64,000 bases of DNA from an uncultured Candidatus Saccharibacteria bacterium. GTDB lineage: Bacteria > Patescibacteriota > Minisyncoccia > Phycocordibacterales > DATDWN01. Positions 9,030-18,413 of this stretch are shown one piece after another. The DNA lies in NCBI GenBank assembly GCA_964576615.1, contig CAZNUU010000003.1:6523-70522 (forward strand), read 5' to 3'. A program made the translations under genes and the position numbers. Every line of letters starts with the position of its first letter. Positions within the stretch are counted from its first letter, which is position 1. The notes under the pieces were generated by a model, which saw nothing but the letters and a program-made list of their open reading frames with translations, was not told where the DNA came from and made no database searches.

Positions 9030-9536
9030 ATTTCAATTACCAGGGTAAACAACCAGATTCAAGCTGCGACTCTTAGAGTCATTTTAGAAGATGGACAAAA
9101 TTTAGGTGTCATATCTTTTAAGGAGGCACTGGATAAAGCAAGGGAGCTTGGTTTAGATCTAATTGAGATCTCGCCAAACGCCAATCCGCCGGTTGCAAAA
9201 ATCATGGATTATGGTAAGTTTCGATATGCTGAAAACAAGAAGCAAAAGGTAGCAAAAACCAAGACTCACACTGTTGAAGTAAAGAACATTCAAGTTAAGG
9301 TAGGCACAGGAGATCACGATTTAGAGCTCAAAGCAAAGAAAGCCTCAAGTTGGCTCAAAGAAGGTAATCGCATCAAAATTGATCTATTTTTGCCAGGCAG
9401 GACAAAGGCACTGGATGAGAATTTCTTAAAAGAAAGGCTTGCAAGATTACTTAAACTTATTACTGAAGAGTATAAAATCGCAGATCCTGCTAAAAAAAGC
9501 CCAAAAGGACTAAGTACGATAATCGAAAAAGCCTAA
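9030..9536 (+). CDS. infC: translation initiation factor IF-3 (ATT start)
   Basis: frame open upstream of 9204 (RVNNQI...LDLIEISPNANPPVAKIMDYGK); only ATT codons (9021/9030/9036) after in-frame TAA at 9018. Confidence 0.92.
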   Translation: MSITRVNNQIQAATLRVILEDGQNLGVISFKEALDKARELGLDLIEISPNANPPVAKIMDYGKFRYAENKKQKVAKTKTHTVEVKNIQVKVGTGDHDLELKAKKASSWLKEGNRIKIDLFLPGRTKALDENFLKERLARLLKLITEEYKIADPAKKSPKGLSTIIEKA

Positions 9537-9552
9537 AAAACAAGAAAATATA

Positions 9553-9738
9553 ATGTCCACGAAAACAAACAAATCATTTACCAAGAGACTAAAAGTCACC
9601 AGAAGTGGCAAAATTTTGGTACGTAAAACTGGGCGAAACCATTTCAGAGCAAAAGAGAGTCGCAGATCCCAGCTTAAAGGAAACAGAATGGTTAATTTCC
9701 CAATGTCGAACAAAGATATAGCTTTTTATATAAAATAA
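9553..9738 (+). CDS. rpmI: 50S ribosomal protein L35
   Basis: KTNKS..KR.KVT.SGK; position between infC and rplT. Confidence 0.92.
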   Translation: MSTKTNKSFTKRLKVTRSGKILVRKTGRNHFRAKESRRSQLKGNRMVNFPMSNKDIAFYIK

Positions 9739-9739
9739 C

Positions 9740-10084
9740 ATGACACGAGTTAAAGGAGCGGTACACGCACTAAAGAGACGCCGAAAAGTTTTGTTTAGAA
9801 CAAAAGGTTTTCGACATGGACGATCTACCAAGGAAAGACAGGCGAAAGAAGCAATTCTTCATGCGGGAAATTATGCTTTTGCTCACAGACGAGATAAAAA
9901 AGGCGACGCTCGCAGAATGTGGAACGTAAATATTTCATACGCACTCAAAGATATGGGTCTTTCCTACAGCAAAGTGATGGGAGGTTTAAAGAAAAAAGGA
10001 GTAAATTTAGATAGAAAAATATTGGCAACACTGGCTAAAGAAAATCCTGAAGCCTTTAAGAAAGTTGTATTACTGGCAAAATAA
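9740..10084 (+). CDS. rplT: 50S ribosomal protein L20
   Basis: MTRVKG, KGF, LDRKILA. Confidence 0.96.
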   Translation: MTRVKGAVHALKRRRKVLFRTKGFRHGRSTKERQAKEAILHAGNYAFAHRRDKKGDARRMWNVNISYALKDMGLSYSKVMGGLKKKGVNLDRKILATLAKENPEAFKKVVLLAK

Positions 10085-10109
10085 AAATTCCCGGTTAAAC
10101 CGGGAATTT

Positions 10110-11450
10110 TTATTTCAAATAGAATTCTTGCCCTGCTTCAGGACAAATTGCTTTTACATCAAGTTCGTCACGCAAGCGTTGGGCTAAAAAGGCTGAGGCT
10201 TTTGGCTCCCCCATCACCACAAACACTTGTTTTATTGTCTTTACAGTATCGGAAACCATTTCAACCAAGTGATCCGAATCCTTATGTGAGGAATAGCCTG
10301 ATATCATCTCTATCCGAGCACGAATAGGGACTACACTACCGTTTATTTCGACTTCCTTTGGTTTGTCTTGAATTCTACGGCCCAGAGTCCCGATTGCCTG
10401 GTAACCCATGAGAAGAAGGGTGCTTTTGGGATCAGGCAAGAAGTTTACTTCGTGACCAACTACTCTTCCCCCTTCCGACATACCAGAACCAGCAATAATT
10501 ATTTTTGGTCCCGCTATTTTAATTATCTCGTTTGATTCCTGATAGTTATGTACCACATGAAGTTTAGGAAACTGAAAAATATCATCACCTGATTTTATTT
10601 GACTTTGAACAGCCGAATTAAAATCTTGTGTTTCTTTCATATAAACAGCTGTAACTTTTTGAGCTAGTGGAGAATCAAGAAAGACCGGGACTTTTGGAAT
10701 TTCATTTTTTTCAACTAGGTTGTTTAGTTCATACAAAATCACCTGAGTGCGTTCGATTGAAAATGCCGGGATGAGGAGTGTCCCGCCACCTTGGATAGTA
10801 CTTAGAACAATTTCTTTAAACCTTTCATCTCTCTCTTCCTTCGGCTCGTGATTTCTATCACCATAAACACTATCTATGACTAAATAATCTGCGTCGGTTA
10901 TTTTTTCTGTATCTTTTAAAAGTGGCGAGGGTGAATTCCCGGAATCCCCCGTAAAATAAATATTTTTGCCACCGTATTTAAACTTGTACATCGCAGAGCC
11001 CAAAATATGTCCCGCGTCTTTTGGGGTAACGGAAAACTCATTGTTTATTTTAAATTCTTCGTCATATTTGACTGTCATCCATAGTTCCAAGGCCTTGTTA
11101 ACATCCTCTAAACTATAGAGATTGTCATCTTGCAGTTTCAAGGCGTCTGACAGCATTATCCTCGCCAACTCACGAGTCTCAACAGTTGAATATATTTTGC
11201 CTCGAAACCCCTCGCGAGTAAGTTTTGGAATGAGGCCAATGTGGTCCATGTGGGCGTGGGTTATAAAAAGATAATTTATCGTTTTTGGGTCATAGGAAAA
11301 AGGCTTTCTATTTTTTAGAGAGGCTTCAGCTGTCCCCTGCTCCAAACCACAGTCAACTAGAATTTTAGTATTCTTATCTTCAAGTAGAAAATTCGCACCG
11401 GTTACTGAACCAACTCCTCCGTAAAATGTAAGTTTTAAATTTTCTGCCAT
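10110..11450 (-). CDS. MBL-fold beta-CASP ribonuclease (YSH1-like)
   Basis: THAHMDHIG, DAGHILGS, GSGMSEGGR, YSSH. Confidence 0.9.
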   Translation of the reverse strand: MAENLKLTFYGGVGSVTGANFLLEDKNTKILVDCGLEQGTAEASLKNRKPFSYDPKTINYLFITHAHMDHIGLIPKLTREGFRGKIYSTVETRELARIMLSDALKLQDDNLYSLEDVNKALELWMTVKYDEEFKINNEFSVTPKDAGHILGSAMYKFKYGGKNIYFTGDSGNSPSPLLKDTEKITDADYLVIDSVYGDRNHEPKEERDERFKEIVLSTIQGGGTLLIPAFSIERTQVILYELNNLVEKNEIPKVPVFLDSPLAQKVTAVYMKETQDFNSAVQSQIKSGDDIFQFPKLHVVHNYQESNEIIKIAGPKIIIAGSGMSEGGRVVGHEVNFLPDPKSTLLLMGYQAIGTLGRRIQDKPKEVEINGSVVPIRARIEMISGYSSHKDSDHLVEMVSDTVKTIKQVFVVMGEPKASAFLAQRLRDELDVKAICPEAGQEFYLK

Positions 11451-11846
11451 TTATTTTTTAGATACGTAACTTGCGTAAAATACACCGATTAAACCACCTA
11501 GTAGATCCATAGATAGATCACTGCCAGTATCGAGAACGTATAGCCATCCATCGGAAAGAGTAGTGGAACCGATAGAGAGTTCAAATAGCTCCCAGAGTAT
11601 TCCAACTGCCAGAACCAAGATAAGGGTTATGGATATCATTTCTCGTTTACTTATTGAAATATGGGAATAAAATTCCCCCACCACCAGAATAACCGCGAGA
11701 GCCACCGACGCTCCAGCTGTAAAATGAACTACCATGTCGAACCAAGAGATAGTCCAGTAAAAATAAAAGAAGACAGCTGAGATGTGGAGGACAGCTGCGA
11801 TTATAAGTAGAGTAAGAAAGTGTTTGAAAAGAGGTTTTTTAATCAC
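11451..11846 (-). CDS. membrane protein (VanZ/DUF2238-like)
   Basis: WFD..VHF, GILWELFE, DT..DL..DLLG. Confidence 0.7.
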   Translation of the reverse strand: MIKKPLFKHFLTLLIIAAVLHISAVFFYFYWTISWFDMVVHFTAGASVALAVILVVGEFYSHISISKREMISITLILVLAVGILWELFELSIGSTTLSDGWLYVLDTGSDLSMDLLGGLIGVFYASYVSKK

Positions 11847-11862
11847 CTAACAATTTTAGCAA

Positions 11863-11895
11863 TTAAAATTCCCACAAGCTATGTGGGGATCTTAA
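11863..11895 (-). terminator. terminator of putative 6S RNA
   Basis: CCCACA-AGCTA-TGTGGG hairpin with extended stem. Confidence 0.55.
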
Positions 11896-11896
11896 T

Positions 11897-12035
11897 GGGG
11901 TACGTAGATATTTCCTTAGCAAAAAGCTAAGTGGGTATCCGCAGAGACACAGATCATAAGAAGTTAATCTTTCTCACTGTGCAACGATTTGGGATTCCCT
12001 TAAAAAAATTATTCGGAAAATATCTCGTATCCCTG
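11897..12035 (-). ncRNA. putative 6S RNA
   Basis: TG-n-TATAAT upstream; closing stem, large central bubble, GGGAATCC/GGATACCC stem, terminal stem. Confidence 0.55.
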
Positions 12036-12071
12036 AAGGACATTATATCATAACAAAATAAATTTTTGATT

Positions 12072-12212
12072 AAGTTCAATAAGATAATTTCTCGCTCCCC
12101 TCAAGCTTCCAGCTAAGCTCTCGGCTGTCCTCGGCCGCAATTTGTCAAGAATGGTGCCTTGACAAAACCATGCTTGCGGCCTGCGGAGGCTCGAAATTAT
12201 CTTTTTGAACTT
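12072..12212. repeat. foldback element abutting ndk stop
   Basis: AAGTTCAATAAGATAATTTC ... GAAATTATCTTTTTGAACTT terminal inverted repeat. Confidence 0.7.
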
Positions 12213-12797
12213 TTATTCATCTACACCAAAGCGCTTATAGTCAAAAATTGGTTTTTTACCAAACCAAAAATCAATTTCGTGCTCCGCTTCTTCTGGAGTA
12301 GCAGATGCATGAACTATATTGTAAACAGCTCTTTTTTCCTTGTTAGCAAGCGCTGGAGAGTCAGCAGAAAAATCACCTCTTATCGTCCCCATTTCAGCTT
12401 TAAATGGAAGGGTGTTGCCTGAAATTTTACGAACCATATCTATTGCGTGAACACCTTGGATGACCATTTTTACCATGGGTGCATCAGTTAGGTAATCGAG
12501 TAACCAGTTTCTTACTTTCTTGCCAATTTCAAGCGCATCATCCGTTCCGAGTTCGGCTTTTGGGTCATAGCCATACTTTTCGTATGTAGCTAGAGTTTTG
12601 TTACCCATTCCGACAATCCATTCCTCGTCTTTTGGATAATGAGTATCAGCTTGTTCTCTGGTAGCATGAAACATCTCAAGTCCCACTACCTTCAAGTCTC
12701 TTTGTTCCATTCGCCTGATCGTCTCACCAATGAGACCCTTTCTCACACCATCTGATTTAACCATTACAAACGTTCTTTCTTCTTTGGGATGTTTCAT
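12213..12797 (-). CDS. ndk: nucleoside-diphosphate kinase
   Basis: ERTFVMVK.DG, GTIRGDF, N.VHAS. Confidence 0.93.
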   Translation of the reverse strand: MKHPKEERTFVMVKSDGVRKGLIGETIRRMEQRDLKVVGLEMFHATREQADTHYPKDEEWIVGMGNKTLATYEKYGYDPKAELGTDDALEIGKKVRNWLLDYLTDAPMVKMVIQGVHAIDMVRKISGNTLPFKAEMGTIRGDFSADSPALANKEKRAVYNIVHASATPEEAEHEIDFWFGKKPIFDYKRFGVDE

Positions 12798-12847
12798 AAA
12801 TTTTTCAATAAAGAATTATTATAACCTGCCTGCGCAGGCAGGCCAAG

Positions 12848-13615
12848 TTATTTAGTTAAGACAATGGGTTTTTTGTCGGTAATCACAATTGTGTGTTCAA
12901 AGTGGCAGGCTTTTGATCCATCGTAAGTTTTGTATGTATAACCATCGGAGTCCAGAAAAATTTTATCTCCTCCCTGGGTAATCATCGGTTCAATTGCAAT
13001 AACCATTCCCGGCACCAAAAGTTCACCTTCCCCAGGATGACCTTCGTTTGGTACATAGGGATCCTCGTGAACCTTGTAACCTACGCCATGACCAGCAAGC
13101 CCCTCGCATAAACCATAGCCTAATGGCCTTATATATGACTCTATTGCATGGCTTATATCACCTATGTGTCTACCTGCTATAGCAGCTGAAATACCCCTAT
13201 TTAGGGCCTCCTTGCAGTGTTTTATCATATCCCGATCCTTCTTGGAGCTCTCCCCAACAGAGACTGTAACTGCACCATCTGTGATAAGACCTTTGTGGAC
13301 CAGACCTAAATCTAGCGAAACAACGTCACCATTTTTTAATACTTTCGGTTTCTCGTTTGGAATGCCATGAACTATTTCATCATTTAGAGAGACACAGAGA
13401 CTAGCTGGATATGCTCTTTTTGCTCCACGCGGGGTGTAACCAAGAAAGGCAGCCTTGTCATTATTTTCATCAATTAATTTTTTTGCAAAATCATCTAACT
13501 CTTTTGTCGAAACTCCTACATAAACTTTTTTAGCAACTTCAGATAAAATGAAAGCGTGGCGTTTGCCGCCCTCTTTAAGTGTTTTTACTTCTTCTTTTGT
13601 TTTAATCCTTACCAT
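12848..13615 (-). CDS. map: methionine aminopeptidase type I
   Basis: CVSLNDEIVHGIP, GHGVG..VHEDP, IAIEPM, HFEHT. Confidence 0.96.
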   Translation of the reverse strand: MVRIKTKEEVKTLKEGGKRHAFILSEVAKKVYVGVSTKELDDFAKKLIDENNDKAAFLGYTPRGAKRAYPASLCVSLNDEIVHGIPNEKPKVLKNGDVVSLDLGLVHKGLITDGAVTVSVGESSKKDRDMIKHCKEALNRGISAAIAGRHIGDISHAIESYIRPLGYGLCEGLAGHGVGYKVHEDPYVPNEGHPGEGELLVPGMVIAIEPMITQGGDKIFLDSDGYTYKTYDGSKACHFEHTIVITDKKPIVLTK

Positions 13616-14199
13616 CCCAAAGATTTCAAAATGTCAGCATGGACCTGTGGTATTGTTTGTTCACCGTCGATAGCATGAAACCTGTAGCTGCCACTCACTT
13701 TGAAGTACCCTACAGCAGGCATAGAGTCCCTGTCAAACCAATCTAGCCTTTTGACATCTTTTGCGATGTCTTTATCATCGGCCCTTCCTCTTTCCATCAT
13801 CCTCTTTTGTGACCATTCTCGCGAGACATTTATAAAAATAACATCTGCCTTTCGGCCATAGAATTCCAATGCAGTAGTAAAAGCCATGGCTTCTGGCAAA
13901 GACCTTGTTATGCCATCGAGCAGGAGATGTTCCTTACCATTCATTTTTTCAAGTAAAATGTGCGCCCACATCCAGATGGCAATAAAATCAGGTTGTCTTT
14001 CACCGTTTTGATATATTACATTCGATAGTTTGTTGGAATAATTCTGACCACGAATGAATTCCCTAAAGTTTGCACCTGTTTCGAGATAAAAAATCTCCGA
14101 GTTTGGATCTCTTTGTTTAAGAGACTCTTTTAGAAGATCTACCTGAGTTCCTTTGCCGCAACCAGAGCGACCAATAAATATAAAAGCTTGAGGAGGCAT
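13609..14199 (-). CDS. adk: adenylate kinase-like NMP kinase (short, no LID)
   Basis: GRSGCGKGTQ, LDG..R, RGRADD; between secY and map. Confidence 0.8.
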   Translation of the reverse strand: MPPQAFIFIGRSGCGKGTQVDLLKESLKQRDPNSEIFYLETGANFREFIRGQNYSNKLSNVIYQNGERQPDFIAIWMWAHILLEKMNGKEHLLLDGITRSLPEAMAFTTALEFYGRKADVIFINVSREWSQKRMMERGRADDKDIAKDVKRLDWFDRDSMPAVGYFKVSGSYRFHAIDGEQTIPQVHADILKSLGW

Positions 14200-14237
14200 T
14201 TGGTAATTATACCAACTTAATTACCAAATTTGGAAGT

Positions 14238-15506
14238 TTAATATTCCCGAATAGAGACCTGAGCGTCAACTTTCTTAACTAGATCAATTACAACTGAAAC
14301 AACGATAAGTAAGGCTGTGCCGCCAACTGAAACAGCAGTAATGCCAGTCACACCCCTCATAATTAGTGGCAAAATAGCAATAAGCCCCAAGAAAAGTGCA
14401 CCAACCAAGGTCAGGCGAGTAAGAATTTTGGAGATATGATCAGATGTTGATTTGCCTGGTCTAACTCCTGGAATAAATGCTCCATTTTTTTGTAAGTTAG
14501 TTGAAATTTGGTCTGGATCAAATGTTACTGCGGTATAAAAATAGGTAAAAACAAAAACCAAAAGGAAATAAGCAATGCCGTAAAACCATTGATTAGCTAG
14601 GATAGAAAGAATTGTGGATGAAACCGTTTTTATAATTGCATGAGTAGAATTTTGCAAAAATCTTAGAATCATTTGAGGGAAAAGTAGAATAGATAGAGCA
14701 AAAATTATTGGAATAACTCCAGCCTGGTTTATACGGAGTGGCAAATAAGTGGAAGTACCGCCGTAAATTCGATTCCCTCGAACTTGCTTTGCGTAAGTAA
14801 CTGGAATCGGTCTCTCAGCCTCTGTCACAATGACAACACCAACTATGACCGCTAGAGCTACTACTAGAAATGCTAGGTAAACCGGTATCTGAGAAGCATC
14901 AAAAGCAAAAAGAAGTTGTCCTGCTTCTGTTGGAAGTGCCGCAACTATACCTGAAAAAATAATAAGTGAGACTCCATTACCAATTCCATATTCAGATATC
15001 AGTTCCCCAATCCACATGAGAAGCATTGAGCCCGCAGTAATAACTAAGAGGTTTGAAGTTAACTGAAAAGCAGAAAGATGCGCAAAGACTTGCTGGCTTT
15101 GAAGAATTTTTATAAAGCTGAAAGATTGGATCAGGGCAAGTGGCACAGTCAAATATCTGCTGTACTGCGCAAATTTGAGTCTGCCAGCTTCCCCTTCTTC
15201 TTGATACATCTCCTTTAGTCTGGGAGACATAATAGTCATAAGCTGCATGATAATGGAGCTTGTGATAAAGGGACCGACACCGAGCATTACTATGGAAAGC
15301 TGAGAGAGCCCACCACCAGAGAAAATATTAAGAAGCCCAAAGAATTCGTTACTTGAGAAAAAGGCCGCAAGTCTGCCATGATCAACTCCCGGCACAGGAA
15401 TGGCAGCCAAAATCCTAAACAATACCAAAGCAAATAGGGTAAAAATGATTCTTTTTCTTAGAATCTTGTCTTCAAAAACCAATTTTAGTTTGGCTGTAAA
15501 TCCCAT
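14238..15506 (-). CDS. secY: preprotein translocase SecY
   Basis: LGVGPFITSSII, GIGNGVSLIIF, IPGVRPG, GGTALLIVV. Confidence 0.98.
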   Translation of the reverse strand: MGFTAKLKLVFEDKILRKRIIFTLFALVLFRILAAIPVPGVDHGRLAAFFSSNEFFGLLNIFSGGGLSQLSIVMLGVGPFITSSIIMQLMTIMSPRLKEMYQEEGEAGRLKFAQYSRYLTVPLALIQSFSFIKILQSQQVFAHLSAFQLTSNLLVITAGSMLLMWIGELISEYGIGNGVSLIIFSGIVAALPTEAGQLLFAFDASQIPVYLAFLVVALAVIVGVVIVTEAERPIPVTYAKQVRGNRIYGGTSTYLPLRINQAGVIPIIFALSILLFPQMILRFLQNSTHAIIKTVSSTILSILANQWFYGIAYFLLVFVFTYFYTAVTFDPDQISTNLQKNGAFIPGVRPGKSTSDHISKILTRLTLVGALFLGLIAILPLIMRGVTGITAVSVGGTALLIVVSVVIDLVKKVDAQVSIREY

Positions 15507-15507
15507 A

Positions 15508-15936
15508 TTAATTTATTGTACCACCTGCCTTCTCGATAGCTTCTCTAGCCCCACTTGAGACACTGCAGTTCTCAATTGTCAATTTTTTAGTTAATTTCCC
15601 CTCACCCAGTATTTTTACTTTGGAATAACCCCTGGTTAGACCAAGATTCATTATTGAAATCGGCGAAACTACATCTCCAGCCTTAAATAATTTCTCTAAA
15701 TTACCTACATTAATGACAAAAGGCTTTGGATTTATCGGAGTGTTTATGTTTTTACCTCGCCCCCGAAGTTTTGGCATTCGTTTTATAAAATCACGAATCT
15801 CTGGACGCTTTTTGTGACCCGCTCTAGCATTCTGACCTTTTGTGCCGCGACCAGAAGTTTTACCACGCTTAGAACCACGCCCGACTTTGATCGATTTTTT
15901 GTTTGGGTGCTGCCTTTTTATAGTGTTGAATTGCAT
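15508..15936 (-). CDS. rplO: 50S ribosomal protein L15
   Basis: GRG..GKTSGRG.KGQ.ARAG, KILGEG. Confidence 0.95.
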   Translation of the reverse strand: MQFNTIKRQHPNKKSIKVGRGSKRGKTSGRGTKGQNARAGHKKRPEIRDFIKRMPKLRGRGKNINTPINPKPFVINVGNLEKLFKAGDVVSPISIMNLGLTRGYSKVKILGEGKLTKKLTIENCSVSSGAREAIEKAGGTIN

Positions 15937-15940
15937 AAAA

Positions 15941-16612
15941 TTATTTTGCTGGCCTAAGTTGCGAGAGAGCCTTCACTGCTGCTTTCGCATTGTTTATCTT
16001 GTTCTTACTTCGAGAGAAGAGTTTAGATGAAACTTCCTTTATACCTGCAAGTTCCAGGACTGTTCTTACCGAACTTCCAGCCATCACACCCTTGCCTTTA
16101 GCATTCATTATTTTTACAACAGAACTAGAATATTTTGCTTCAACTTCGTGAGGAATGGTTCCGTTTTTGGTTAAGTTTACTTTTATCATGTTTTTTCGAG
16201 CATCCCTTGCAGCCTTGTCGATAGCAATTGGAGTATCCCCCGCCTTGCCTAAGCCGACTCCAACTCGGCCCTTGTGGTCTCCAATTACAACTGCCACAGA
16301 AAAAGCAAATCTTCGTCCTCCGGTTACCACACGAGTTACACGTCTAATACTTATAATCTTTTGATCAAATTCAGATCTAGCTCTTGCTTCTCTTCGAGGT
16401 GCGCCCTTTCTAGGATTTTTCTTAAACTCCCTCCTAACCGGTTCAGCTTTAACCGGTGTTGCTTCTGAAATCTCAGCAATATTCGCACTATCGGCACCTT
16501 GTGCTAATGTTTCGACCGCTTCTTCTTGGCCGACGTCAGGAGTCGGCCCTCCGACCTCTGCGAGCGTCGGAGTTTTTATTTCCATATCTGCTTTTGTTTT
16601 TTTAGTTTCCAT
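15941..16612 (-). CDS. rpsE: 30S ribosomal protein S5 with N-terminal extension
   Basis: IRRVTRVVTGGRRFAF, GRVGVGLGKA. Confidence 0.96.
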   Translation of the reverse strand: METKKTKADMEIKTPTLAEVGGPTPDVGQEEAVETLAQGADSANIAEISEATPVKAEPVRREFKKNPRKGAPRREARARSEFDQKIISIRRVTRVVTGGRRFAFSVAVVIGDHKGRVGVGLGKAGDTPIAIDKAARDARKNMIKVNLTKNGTIPHEVEAKYSSSVVKIMNAKGKGVMAGSSVRTVLELAGIKEVSSKLFSRSKNKINNAKAAVKALSQLRPAK

Positions 16613-16616
16613 TGTT

Positions 16617-16967
16617 TTAGAATTTAAGTCCGCCCGCTCTTGCTCCTTCGGCTAAAGCTCTAACGTTACCTGTATAAATAAATCCACCTCGATCAAAAAC
16701 GACTTCTTTTATTTTCTTGGCCTGTGCTTTTTTAGCTAGACTTTCCCCTACCATCTCCGATTTTTCCATCATTGTCTTACCCTTGACCTCACGAGAGTGA
16801 GAAGCGACTAGTGTTTTGCCATTCAAATCGTCGATGAGTTGCGCCGAAATATGTTTATTTGATTTAAAAACCGAAAGTCTAGGTATCTCCGGCATGCCAA
16901 AGACCTTGGCTCTGATTCGGGCATGTCGTCTTTGTCTTTGTTTTACTTTTAAATCTGATTTTTTCAT
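16617..16967 (-). CDS. rplR: 50S ribosomal protein L18
   Basis: [19 protein letters not shown]. Confidence 0.96.
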   Translation of the reverse strand: MKKSDLKVKQRQRRHARIRAKVFGMPEIPRLSVFKSNKHISAQLIDDLNGKTLVASHSREVKGKTMMEKSEMVGESLAKKAQAKKIKEVVFDRGGFIYTGNVRALAEGARAGGLKF

Positions 16968-16976
16968 GGATTTACT

Positions 16977-17510
16977 TTATACAGTTTTCTTACCCTGCTT
17001 ACGCTTGATAACTTCCTTCTCGTACCTCATGCCCTTGCCCTTGTAAGGTTCAGGTTTTTTAAGCGCTCTTATTTTTGCAGCAAATTCTCCGACCAATTCC
17101 TTGTCCATACCACTTATGGTAATAATATTTTTTTCTGCCGTAACTTTTAATCCTTCTGGTATTGGAACATTAACTGGATGAGAAAATCCGAGGGCCAAAA
17201 CAAGATTTACACCTTTTACATCGGACTTGTAACCAATTCCTTCCAGAATCAATTTTTTAGAGTAGGGTGTGTTTACTCCTGCAATCATATTTTTTACATG
17301 AGAAGCATATGTGCCCCACAAAGCTTTCGATTCGAGCGTAATCTCTTTTGGAAGAAGTGTGACTTCGGTTGGAGTTACACTTACCACAATCTCGGGATTA
17401 AAGTTTTTGGTAAGTGTGCCAAGAGGTCCTTTTACAGTTAAGACAGAGCCTGACATGGAGACTTCAGTCTTAGGTAGCACTGTTATTACTTTTTTTCCGA
17501 TTCGTGACAT
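16977..17510 (-). CDS. rplF: 50S ribosomal protein L6
   Basis: MSRIGK, LGFSHPV, PEPYKGKG. Confidence 0.97.
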   Translation of the reverse strand: MSRIGKKVITVLPKTEVSMSGSVLTVKGPLGTLTKNFNPEIVVSVTPTEVTLLPKEITLESKALWGTYASHVKNMIAGVNTPYSKKLILEGIGYKSDVKGVNLVLALGFSHPVNVPIPEGLKVTAEKNIITISGMDKELVGEFAAKIRALKKPEPYKGKGMRYEKEVIKRKQGKKTV

Positions 17511-17521
17511 TTGATTTTAAT

Positions 17522-17908
17522 TTACCAAATCTTGAACAACGCCTCCCCTCCCAGATTAGCTGCCTTAGCTTCCTTATCTGACATAATCCCCTTTGGCGTT
17601 GAGAGAACTAACATACCATAGCCGTTCTTAACTCCTCTTATTTCTTTGGCTTTTTGATAAACTCTTTTGGAAGTTTTAGAAACTCTTTCTACTCCGTAGA
17701 TTTTTGGCTGTCCATCATTGTAAATAAGTCCAACTTCAATCCACTTGGCTATTTTTTTACCTCGTTTGCCAAAAGACTTAATGAATCCATTTTTCATAAG
17801 AACATCAAGGATGGCTACTTTCATGTTGGAATAAGGAAAAACGACAGATTCTTTCTTCGAATCCGAAGCATTCTTTATTCGCACAATCATGTCAGATATT
17901 GGATCCAT
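17522..17908 (-). CDS. rpsH: 30S ribosomal protein S8
   Basis: DPISDM..RIKNA, STPKGIM, GGE. Confidence 0.96.
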   Translation of the reverse strand: MDPISDMIVRIKNASDSKKESVVFPYSNMKVAILDVLMKNGFIKSFGKRGKKIAKWIEVGLIYNDGQPKIYGVERVSKTSKRVYQKAKEIRGVKNGYGMLVLSTPKGIMSDKEAKAANLGGEALFKIW

Positions 17909-17918
17909 ATTTATTATA

Positions 17919-17961
17919 TTTTCCTAGTATCCTCCACCTAGCGATCTTGGACTTAGGAAAA
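17919..17961 (-). promoter_or_regulatory. putative S8-binding translational operator mimicking 16S helix 21
   Basis: hairpin TTTTCC-TAAGTCC ... GGATACTA-GGAAAA 10 nt upstream of rpsH ATG. Confidence 0.65.
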
Positions 17962-17970
17962 CTACTTTTA

Positions 17971-18156
17971 TTACCAGCTGGCTTTCTTTATTCCTGGTAT
18001 CTTACCTTCGTTCGCCAGTTCGCGGAAGCAAATTCGGCACAGACCAAAGTCTCTCATAAAACCTCTTTTGCGTCCACAGCGAAAACATCGGTTTGTAGCC
18101 CTAGTTCTATATTTAGGCTTCTTTAAAGCCCTTGCTTTAACACTTGTTTTCGCCAT
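17971..18156 (-). CDS. rpsN: 30S ribosomal protein S14 (Zn-binding type)
   Basis: [23 protein letters not shown]. Confidence 0.96.
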   Translation of the reverse strand: MAKTSVKARALKKPKYRTRATNRCFRCGRKRGFMRDFGLCRICFRELANEGKIPGIKKASW

Positions 18157-18190
18157 TCTAATTAAAAATAACTCTCTCGAGTTGCGCTTT

Positions 18191-18219
18191 ATACTAGCAA
18201 TTAGGCCATTTTAAGTCAA
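18191..18219 (-). promoter_or_regulatory. internal promoter restarting spc operon at rpsN
   Basis: TTGACT-17-TAGTAT. Confidence 0.7.
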
Positions 18220-18236
18220 TGCGAACGGCCGGCACC

Positions 18237-18413
18237 TTACGATGCCGGCCTTTTTCTGAGAGCCTCCTTTTCCTGGATTCCCATTCGGAACTTGTAGCGA
18301 CGATACATGAGTTTGATCTTGCTCACAGCATCGCTACGATCTTGCACTGCACGCACTGCATAGCCAACGCCTCCTGATACGATTGCGACTGTTAACGCTA
18401 CCTGAATGCTCAT
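18237..18413 (-). CDS. cassette ORF, 58 aa single-TM protein (MSIQVALTVAIVSGGVGYAVR...)
   Basis: hand-translated; TG-n-TATAAA, GGGAGAGG SD, stop in loop of GGCCGGCA/TGCCGGCC hairpin. Confidence 0.65.
   Translation of the reverse strand: MSIQVALTVAIVSGGVGYAVRAVQDRSDAVSKIKLMYRRYKFRMGIQEKEALRKRPAS

Noticed and set aside
9021-9203. Truncated infC
   Set aside because: The frame is open upstream with an ATT start, the known infC autoregulatory feature.
15937-15940. Missing rpmD (L30) as a novelty
   Set aside because: Real absence here, but an established CPR trait; used only as a taxonomic clue.
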